Below, piece by piece: positions 8,153 to 15,231 of a stretch of 32,000 nucleotides of DNA. Origin of the DNA: Promethearchaeota archaeon (lineage in GTDB: Archaea; Asgardarchaeota; Lokiarchaeia; Sigyniarchaeales; Promethearchaeaceae); NCBI GenBank assembly GCA_016933055.1, contig JAFGBS010000031.1:60001-92000 (forward strand). Direction: 5' to 3'. The position numbers and the translations under genes were made by a program. The notes beneath the pieces were generated by a model. It saw only the letters and a program-made list of their open reading frames with translations, was not told where the DNA came from and searched no databases. The first letter of the stretch is position 1. The number at the start of each line of letters is the position of its first letter.

Positions 8153-9109
8153 ATGGAAGCAGAAACTTTTACCATAACTGTCCCTGCCCGTATTTGCATT
8201 CTGGGTGACAAAGCCGATTTACTTGAAAAACCAGTGATTGCAGCTGCTGTAAATTTATTAATGAAAATCAGATTCACCAAAAGAAATGATACTTTCATAA
8301 TATTTCGAAGTGAAAATTTAGATTTCGCGAAACAATTCAGATTAACGGATAAGGCTGACTTTAATCACCCCTTAAAATATTGGAGTGCTATAGTAGAACG
8401 TTTAAAATCGGAGATAAACTCTGGATTTGAAGCTGTTGTAGATTCTCAGATCCCAATCGGTGGGGGATTATCCAGTTCCGCTGCTCTAAGTGTAGGTTTT
8501 CTCCGGGGATTATCAAAATTATTTTCTATCTCGATGAACCAAACCCAAATTGCTGAAATGGCATATATATGCGAGCATGATGATTTAGCAATCAGTTGTG
8601 GTAGAATGGATCAATACGCAATCACATTTGGCGGTGTGACATTTATTGAAACAGGTTCGAAACCCTCAGTGGAACGATTGTCAATCAAGTCACTTCCTTT
8701 AGTGGTGGGAAATTCTCAAGAGGAACGGAGGGCTGTGAATATTTTAAATCGGATTAAAAAAGAAATCCAAAATAACGTTCCAAGAGTAATCCAAACATTT
8801 CAGGAAATTGAACAAATTGTAGAAGTAGGGAAAAAAGCATTACTAAAAGGAGATTACGAAACCATCGGAGGCTTGATGACCCGTCAGCAACAGCTTGAAG
8901 ATATACTCGGAACCACTACACCCAAAATAAATCTTTTATGCCAAGAATCCATCAAAGCTGGTGCTTTCGGTGCAAAACAAATGGGTGCTGGTGGAGGAGG
9001 AGCTTTTGAAGCAGTCTGTCCCGGTAAGCAAGATCAAGTAAAAACTGCAATTGAGAAATATGGAGGTAAAACGTGGATTTGTGACATATATGAGTACAGT
9101 AGCGATTGA
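8153..9109 (+). CDS. GHMP-family kinase (galactokinase/mevalonate kinase superfamily), substrate uncertain
   Basis: PARICILGDKAD (motif I), IPIGGGLSSSAA (ATP loop), CGRMDQY and GAFGAKQMGAGGGG (motif III). Confidence 0.9.
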   Translation: MEAETFTITVPARICILGDKADLLEKPVIAAAVNLLMKIRFTKRNDTFIIFRSENLDFAKQFRLTDKADFNHPLKYWSAIVERLKSEINSGFEAVVDSQIPIGGGLSSSAALSVGFLRGLSKLFSISMNQTQIAEMAYICEHDDLAISCGRMDQYAITFGGVTFIETGSKPSVERLSIKSLPLVVGNSQEERRAVNILNRIKKEIQNNVPRVIQTFQEIEQIVEVGKKALLKGDYETIGGLMTRQQQLEDILGTTTPKINLLCQESIKAGAFGAKQMGAGGGGAFEAVCPGKQDQVKTAIEKYGGKTWICDIYEYSSD

Positions 9110-9206
9110 GGGATCATTCTATGTATTTATTTGTGATGATTATTTTTACGATAATGGGATCGACAAGTCGAATTCTAAATTATTTCAATTTGAAAAGGTC
9201 ATAACA

Positions 9207-9212
9207 AGGTGA
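9207..9212 (+). promoter_or_regulatory. Shine-Dalgarno AGGTGA
   Basis: 7 nt upstream of the ATG at 9220, supporting that start. Confidence 0.65.
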
Positions 9213-9219
9213 CAATACT

Positions 9220-10104
9220 ATGCTGATATTAACATATTTCCATCCTGTTTTAGGTCCAGACATTCTTCTCACAGAACCCGAAGATATTCTTGACAACATA
9301 AATCCCAACCATCTGACTGAGATTAAAAATTTGTTAGATACTGCGGATCCAGGATTTTTCACCCATTTTTTCAGTACAGATTTAAGAACGGTGAATATGG
9401 TTTTCTCATTACCCTCACCTTGGGCGCGTGGTGGAGAAGAAATTGCTATGATATCAAAGATCATCCAAGAATCCGATCCCAATTTGGAATTATATGAAAC
9501 TCAATTCATTGAATTTATTACAAAAATCAAATCCGAAATATCGGATGTTTACATGGTATTTTATTTCCGAAAACCTCCTAAAAAAGCCTTACGGGATGAA
9601 ATAAAACAAAAATTAGAACAAATCAGTTACTTCTTTTCAGATTTATACAAGTCCTTAAAATTGATTCCTGTAGATACCTTTGGGGCTCTTATCCCGTTGA
9701 ACACCATTCTTAAAGAACAAACCATTCACATACCATCCAGATTCATTCATGAATTAGGTAAAGATTTAGACGGTACTGAAAAAAATTTTTTTGTAGTAAA
9801 TCAATATCGAGATAAGAAATTCAAGATTGAATTAATTCCGGTCAAATGTCAGAAGATTATAAAAATAAGTTTAATCTTAGGAAACACATTGAACCTCAAA
9901 GTAGTGCAAAAAATAAGCAATATTTTCTCTCAAAATAAACTCATTATAATATACACCTCTGGCATATGTATTCAATCAGGGGGAAATTGCATTTATGAAG
10001 TATATTTAGACGCGGACGCAATTTCGGATGTTGATCAACTGGTCAATCAGTTAAATCGTATTTCTGAAGTAAATAATATCAAAATTCGGAATATTGAGCT
10101 TTAA
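9220..10104 (+). CDS. uDENN/longin-like domain + AbrB-like hairpin + ACT domain fusion protein
   Basis: N-terminus LTYFHPVLGPDILLTEPED resembles the NPRL2/FLCN first strand. FSLPSPWARGGEEIAMI resembles the FLCN/SMCR8 ARG loop. TIHIPSRFIHELG is AbrB-like. Residues ~212-294 have ACT-type beta-alpha-beta-beta-alpha-beta patterning. Confidence 0.65.
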   Translation: MLILTYFHPVLGPDILLTEPEDILDNINPNHLTEIKNLLDTADPGFFTHFFSTDLRTVNMVFSLPSPWARGGEEIAMISKIIQESDPNLELYETQFIEFITKIKSEISDVYMVFYFRKPPKKALRDEIKQKLEQISYFFSDLYKSLKLIPVDTFGALIPLNTILKEQTIHIPSRFIHELGKDLDGTEKNFFVVNQYRDKKFKIELIPVKCQKIIKISLILGNTLNLKVVQKISNIFSQNKLIIIYTSGICIQSGGNCIYEVYLDADAISDVDQLVNQLNRISEVNNIKIRNIEL

Positions 10105-10176
10105 AATCAACAGAATCCTAATAATATTAAAATAGTAAAGAAACCCATCTATTGCTTAAGGTATCCAAATTCATTT

Positions 10177-10740
10177 TTGGAGGAAGCAACAATTTCTGAA
10201 ACCCAAAATATCTATAAATTTAAAATAACACTGTTTGGAACTTCAAACGTGGGGAAAACTTCTTTGATTTTACGATTTATCAACGATAGTTTTGTTAATG
10301 ATATAAAAAAGACAATAGGCACCAACTTTCTTATAAAGGATCTGCACGTTGATAACAAAAATATAAGATTACTCATCTGGGATATAGGAGGTCAAGCTCA
10401 ATTTTCAAATATGCGTAGTGTTTATTTCAAAGGTAGTAATGCAGCAATTGGTGTTTTTGACATCACCTCAACAGACAGTTTACTTAAAATTCCCAAATGG
10501 GTGATGTCAATTGAAAAATTAGGCTTGAAAATTCCCATGGTGTTGTTGGCAAATAAATATGATCTCGCTCCTGAACAACAAATAGTACAAGAAGAAGATA
10601 TAATAGAGCTTGCAGACCAATTGTCCAGCAAAATGGATAGAAAAATCGATTTTATGTACACGAGTGCCTTAAATGGATTAAATGTGGAAAACGTTTTTTT
10701 TAAAATCGCTCGAATGTGCCTAAGTAATTATTCGAAATAG
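10177..10740 (+). CDS. Rab-like small GTPase (Ras superfamily)
   Basis: G1 GTSNVGKTS, G2 TIGTNF, G3 WDIGGQ, G4 NKYD and G5 TSAL. TTG start. Confidence 0.95.
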   Translation: MEEATISETQNIYKFKITLFGTSNVGKTSLILRFINDSFVNDIKKTIGTNFLIKDLHVDNKNIRLLIWDIGGQAQFSNMRSVYFKGSNAAIGVFDITSTDSLLKIPKWVMSIEKLGLKIPMVLLANKYDLAPEQQIVQEEDIIELADQLSSKMDRKIDFMYTSALNGLNVENVFFKIARMCLSNYSK

Positions 10741-10798
10741 CACATTAATGTGTTGTTAGATTTGTTTATATGAATAACATAATCCATATCCATTTATT

Positions 10799-11782
10799 AT
10801 GGCATCAGTGTTGTTTATTGAAGAAGATGACATAGGATCTGCATGGGTTTCAGCATTGAAGGCTGTCCTATCCGAAGGGGATGATATTCATACTGAATAT
10901 GATACGGAAACCGATATTGCCGCAAAAGATAGTACCGCTCTGATTTCGGTCAAATATCCTTTTTCTAATCCTATCATCAATAAAAGAAGTAAGGAACATA
11001 AATCTCTCAAGGTAAGGTCGAAAGCAGGAAATTCTTATGAGGTGTTTGGACGGATTGAGGATATTTTCTTAATTGGATCCATTCAATCGAACTATATCGA
11101 GGAAGTACTCGAAGGAATTAACGATAAATTCATAGCGGAGTCAGCGAAAAGCTTTCCATATTCTTATCATGATCGAATTTTTTCCTATACACCTTTTGCT
11201 CTCGAAGATTCCCTTTTAAAGGACTATTCAATAACCTTGAGGAAAAATGAAGATGTAATTCATAATAATAAATTACATTTTCGTAAATCCATTCAACTGA
11301 CCGATGGGAACATGGTTTGGAAATTAAAAAACGGTACCGACTTAATTTTGGATAAAGAAATTGCAGAATACTATGGGATACAAGAATTACCTCTTAGCGT
11401 CTTAAATCTCCCAAAAATTAATCAAATTAACCAAATAATTGAAAAACTGCAAGGGAGTCCCAACACAAGAAGAGCTCAAGCAATTACATGGAGACCATAT
11501 TCTGATATCATTTCAGACGATCCTCCTTGCCTTCAACGTTTGTATTTTCGGATTAAAAATAAAAAACTCATGTTACAAACGACTTGGAGGAGTAGAGATT
11601 TATTTAAGGCATGGGAAGCAAATGTGAATGCGATGATTCGTATTCAAAAGTACGTTGCTGATGAATTACATGATGCCTTAGGTTTGGAAATCGGAGAGTA
11701 TGTTGATTTCAGCAATAGTTTGCATATTTATGGTCGTGATATAAAGGATGTAAAAGAAGTATTAGAGCAAATTGCTGGTTAA
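10799..11782 (+). CDS. thyA: Archaeal-type thymidylate synthase with a large insertion
   Basis: TRRAQAITW, catalytic PPCL, WRSRDLFKAWEANV and SNSLHIY motifs. Confidence 0.85.
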   Translation: MASVLFIEEDDIGSAWVSALKAVLSEGDDIHTEYDTETDIAAKDSTALISVKYPFSNPIINKRSKEHKSLKVRSKAGNSYEVFGRIEDIFLIGSIQSNYIEEVLEGINDKFIAESAKSFPYSYHDRIFSYTPFALEDSLLKDYSITLRKNEDVIHNNKLHFRKSIQLTDGNMVWKLKNGTDLILDKEIAEYYGIQELPLSVLNLPKINQINQIIEKLQGSPNTRRAQAITWRPYSDIISDDPPCLQRLYFRIKNKKLMLQTTWRSRDLFKAWEANVNAMIRIQKYVADELHDALGLEIGEYVDFSNSLHIYGRDIKDVKEVLEQIAG

Positions 11783-12429
11783 TCCATATATCCTTCGATC
11801 GGATGAAATCCATCTTTGGTTATTTTCACTATTTGGAAATTAAAACCCGAACCAGAGTCTCGAGTTATTGCGGATTTCAAAGCTCTTTTAACTAGGTCTA
11901 TAGCTTGTTTTTCTGTCAATTCTGGTTTCCATTCAGCTTCAATAACTCCTAAAGCATAAGGAGAACCAGATCCGTAGGATAAAAAGCTATCTTCTTCAAA
12001 TAAGGTTCCAACGAAATCAATTCCATATAGTTTACCCTTACTTTCTTCCTCGGAGAAACCCCCTATTATTAACAGGGCAAGATAATAACCTCGACCACTA
12101 TATACGATATTCCTAACTAAGTTTGCAATGTATTTTACAGAAGGAACCTTTCCTGTATCGATTTCCCGAATATTGGATAAGGCACGAATTTGATTAATAA
12201 CAAACTGGCAATCTGCTACGGAGCCGCTCATAGTAGCTGCTGAATACGTGTTTATTTTAAATAATTTTTGTGCTTGGGTTGATGCTATAAAGGTGCCAGC
12301 CGTAGCTTGACTTTCCGTAGCAATTATCACACCATCCTTATATTTAAGGCCAATAGTGGTTGTACCAGTTTTTATAATTTCAGATGGCATGGAGAGATTT
12401 GCGGAATCCTTTTTCGTTTCCATACTCAT
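11779..12429 (-). CDS. psmB: Proteasome beta subunit
   Basis: Propeptide followed by G|TTTIGLKYKDGVIIATESQATAG; KLFKI, SGSVADCQ, GSGSPYALG and RDSGSG. Confidence 0.97.
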   Translation of the reverse strand: MSMETKKDSANLSMPSEIIKTGTTTIGLKYKDGVIIATESQATAGTFIASTQAQKLFKINTYSAATMSGSVADCQFVINQIRALSNIREIDTGKVPSVKYIANLVRNIVYSGRGYYLALLIIGGFSEEESKGKLYGIDFVGTLFEEDSFLSYGSGSPYALGVIEAEWKPELTEKQAIDLVKRALKSAITRDSGSGFNFQIVKITKDGFHPIEGYMD

Positions 12430-12581
12430 ATCACATAAATGGTGGTTTTAATATTTTTTTGAATATTTTTATTATCTTCCCATTGATATTTCCTTATTTT
12501 TCCTATCAACAACGATCTGGAGCATAAAAGATTTTAATGGGAATTAATTAGAATGCAATATCGTTCTCTGAGAGGATGTTT

Positions 12582-12851
12582 ATGAAATTCCGAGTAGTAA
12601 TGAAAACAAAAACACGTAAAGGGCATGATCTAGTATTAAAATTGAAAGTACCACCTTCAAAACACCAAGGATTAGTGAATTTCTTAAACGCTGCTTTGGA
12701 TTCTGACAACGATGTGACATTTACAATCGAAAAAATTTCATCTGTTCAGGAACATAGTGAGAGTTCGATTTTTGGTAAGTTTAAATTCAAAAAGAAATCC
12801 ACGAAAAAAGAGAAGTCATCGAATCCTTCTCTCTCAACTACAAAAAAATAA
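12582..12851 (+). CDS. Hypothetical small basic protein
   Basis: ~89-aa ORF divergent from psmB. GAGAGG at 12570-12575 is spaced for the ATG at 12582 (the track start is 12576). Confidence 0.6.
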   Translation: MKFRVVMKTKTRKGHDLVLKLKVPPSKHQGLVNFLNAALDSDNDVTFTIEKISSVQEHSESSIFGKFKFKKKSTKKEKSSNPSLSTTKK

Positions 12852-12856
12852 CGAAT

Positions 12857-13081
12857 TCAGTTTTTTCTTAAAAAGGATGGTTTTCGTGTTTCCTTTATTT
12901 CTGTCATATATTTCTTTGGTTTTTCCATCGCTGTATATTTATTACACTCTTTACAACTCACTACAGTGCGTAATCCTCCCTTGTAGTGATATACTTGTTG
13001 ATAAAGGTAAGTTTTGCACAACGCACATTTTTCTTTTAGTTTTTTTTCTTGGATTAATAATCCGTTTTTGTGAATTTCCAT
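12857..13081 (-). CDS. Small zinc-ribbon protein
   Basis: CALC...CKEC cysteine pairs; starts 2 bp after the Alba-like gene stop. Confidence 0.6.
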   Translation of the reverse strand: MEIHKNGLLIQEKKLKEKCALCKTYLYQQVYHYKGGLRTVVSCKECNKYTAMEKPKKYMTEIKETRKPSFLRKN

Positions 13082-13083
13082 AA

Positions 13084-13440
13084 TTATCTCGCGATCGATT
13101 TTGTAAAATAATAACGAATATCACAATAGCTAAGTATATTTAAATTATCCATGGGATTTCGAGAGGATTTCTTTCCCTTATAGTTTTGTGTGAAAAAACG
13201 GCTGTTGATATAGATCTTTCTCTTAAAGGATACCATTTGTCGTTTTAGCCGTCTCTCAATTTCAAGCGCAAGAGGTATACACACATTTATTGCATTTCCT
13301 TGGGATTTTAAAAATAATGAATCTATTCCCTCCATGAAAAGGGACATTGCATCAAATGCATAACTGGTGATAAGTTCCTCTTTTTTGTCTGGATTATTTT
13401 CATTCCGAACCTTAATTACTTCTTCACGCATATTACTCAA
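13084..13440 (-). CDS. Divergent Alba-family nucleic-acid-binding protein
   Basis: ITSYAFDAMSLFMEGIDSLFLKSQGNAINVCIPLALEIERRL aligns by eye with the Alba core (NYV.A.L..L..G..E.VIKARGRAISKAVD..EI.R.RF); terminal strands KIYINS and LSYCDIRY. Confidence 0.65.
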   Translation of the reverse strand: MSNMREEVIKVRNENNPDKKEELITSYAFDAMSLFMEGIDSLFLKSQGNAINVCIPLALEIERRLKRQMVSFKRKIYINSRFFTQNYKGKKSSRNPMDNLNILSYCDIRYYFTKSIAR

Positions 13441-13491
13441 ACTTCAACAGCCACAATAAAAAATAAACCTATCCTATGGATATGGACTCTT

Positions 13492-14307
13492 CTATTTAAC
13501 TTTATACTGTTCTAAAACATTCGCTTTAAGATTATGTACCTTATTATAGATGAGAGAATTGTCGATATCGATAAATGGAGGAAGATCACCCGAATAGGGT
13601 AATTGAATTTCGCGAACAAGGTGGGTTTTTTTATAATAATTCTCCAAATTCGACCATATATTACCTGAAATGCAATTACTCTGATTTTTAATGAATTGGA
13701 GAAATGCTTGAGATAAAATAATCAAGGGAATAACCACTCTATCCTCAGATTCTTGGAAAAATACCGATTCTTTATCAATTTTATGGGGATGAAAATCCAA
13801 CCACTTATCATATTGTCGTTGTTTTTCCTCGTCTATGGATAATGTAAAAATCATACACGAATTTTCCTCAGATGCAATATATTCGGAATATATTTGAGAT
13901 GACAAGGATCTATGAAAAATGGTATCAGAGGGTATCACCATAAATTTGTTATTTGGTAGAGCGGAAAGGTAAGAAAATGCGGACAACAGAGTATAAACGG
14001 GACCATTTAAATAGGTTGCATCAGCACGGATCACAGAGATCGCGATTTTATTCAAGCGATAAAATTCCCGTGTTTTAATATAATGAGCAAATTTCTCATA
14101 TTTATATCCTAAAATTACCCAAAAATCTAATACTCCACAATTGATCAATCCTTCCACAATAAAATCAAAAATTGAATAGTCTTGGTAAAGATTTAACATA
14201 CTTTTATGGATTTGCCGATGTTCAGTATCAAATCTCTCTGATAAACCAGCAGCAAGCATAATTATCGGTAAATTTTTTATTTGCATTGCTAATTCCTTAT
14301 AAATCAT
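13492..14307 (-). CDS. Nucleotidyltransferase (NTP_transferase/MobA/LicC-like, GT-A fold)
   Basis: IIMLAAGLSERF, HKSML, VILGYK, GPVYTL, VIPSDTIF and FIDIDN. Confidence 0.8.
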   Translation of the reverse strand: MIYKELAMQIKNLPIIMLAAGLSERFDTEHRQIHKSMLNLYQDYSIFDFIVEGLINCGVLDFWVILGYKYEKFAHYIKTREFYRLNKIAISVIRADATYLNGPVYTLLSAFSYLSALPNNKFMVIPSDTIFHRSLSSQIYSEYIASEENSCMIFTLSIDEEKQRQYDKWLDFHPHKIDKESVFFQESEDRVVIPLIILSQAFLQFIKNQSNCISGNIWSNLENYYKKTHLVREIQLPYSGDLPPFIDIDNSLIYNKVHNLKANVLEQYKVK

Positions 14308-15220
14308 TATCCAATGTTGTGGTTACATGGACTTTATCATTGAAAACAATGATCGTATGCTCCGTTTGAGCCACCATTCCCCCTGCAATTTCTACTAAAA
14401 TTGGATAACCATTTAAGATACCCTTTCGTCGGAATTTATCGATAACAGAATTAATGTTGCTAGTACCCTCGATGAAATCAACCGCCCGAGGGGAGAATGG
14501 GAGTGAATTGAATTTAGATTTGAATTTCTGGACAAGGGCTCTTTCTTCAATTTTCATATTTTTCTTCTTCGTATTTCCCACTTCAAAGATATTCGTTTCC
14601 TCACCATTTTTTACCTGTCCATATCCATTGGTGGTAAATGGCTCAATTGCATATACATGATCAGCAATCAACTGAGAATTATCGGCGCCCTTCGGCGTAT
14701 TTGGGATAAATGGGGGATCGTGAATTTCAAATTGTCCCAAACCATGGCCTCCCAGATTTGCAATCGGTTTGACATTGTATTTCATTATAGTTTTATATAT
14801 CTCCTTACCAATATCCGTGACTTTTATTCCATCTCTGGCAGTTCTGATAGCTGCATTTAATGCTTCTTCCGAAGCAGTTACCAGATCTTCGTAAATTCCT
14901 TTATCACCCCCAATATTAACCGTAACCGCAGCATCTGCAATATAACCATCGTACTCCGCCCCACAATCAATTTTGAGTAAACCATGCTCTGGTACCTTTG
15001 TTTCATCCTCAAGTATCGGACTATAATGGGCTGCAATTGCATCTAAAGACATATTGGCGGGAAATGCTAAACCACATCCTTGTTTTAAAATTTCTCCTTC
15101 GCATAGAGTTGCTATATCGAAAAATTTAGCCCCCGGTCTGACAATTAGTTTTGCTAAATGAAGAGCTTTCGCTACTGCCTTCCCTGCTTTTAAATAAGAT
15201 TGAATTATTTCATCATTCAT
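14297..15220 (-). CDS. map: Methionine aminopeptidase type II
   Basis: AFPANMS, AAHY, KIDCG...DGYIADAA, NLGGH, YAIEPF and AQTEHT. The start is placed at the ATG at 15220 (track GTG at 15235). Confidence 0.96.
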   Translation of the reverse strand: MNDEIIQSYLKAGKAVAKALHLAKLIVRPGAKFFDIATLCEGEILKQGCGLAFPANMSLDAIAAHYSPILEDETKVPEHGLLKIDCGAEYDGYIADAAVTVNIGGDKGIYEDLVTASEEALNAAIRTARDGIKVTDIGKEIYKTIMKYNVKPIANLGGHGLGQFEIHDPPFIPNTPKGADNSQLIADHVYAIEPFTTNGYGQVKNGEETNIFEVGNTKKKNMKIEERALVQKFKSKFNSLPFSPRAVDFIEGTSNINSVIDKFRRKGILNGYPILVEIAGGMVAQTEHTIIVFNDKVHVTTTLDNDL

Positions 15221-15231
15221 GCACAATACCC

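Noticed and set aside
10714-10740. C-terminal Cys of the GTPase as a prenylation signal
   Set aside because: RMCLSNYSK is not CAAX, CC or CXC; the Cys lies in or at the end of helix 5.
10741-10752. Perfect 12-bp palindrome CACATTAATGTG between the GTPase and thyA
   Set aside because: Several 6-bp-arm palindromes are expected by chance in 32 kb of AT-rich DNA, and there is no second copy or other support.
11189-11419. thyA insertion as an intein or intron
   Set aside because: It lacks a C/S-initial block and a His-Asn terminus, is too short for a typical intein, and the frame is continuous.
12757-13083. 108-aa plus-strand ORF
   Set aside because: It overlaps two better-supported genes and its hydrophobic look reflects the antisense of Lys-rich codons.
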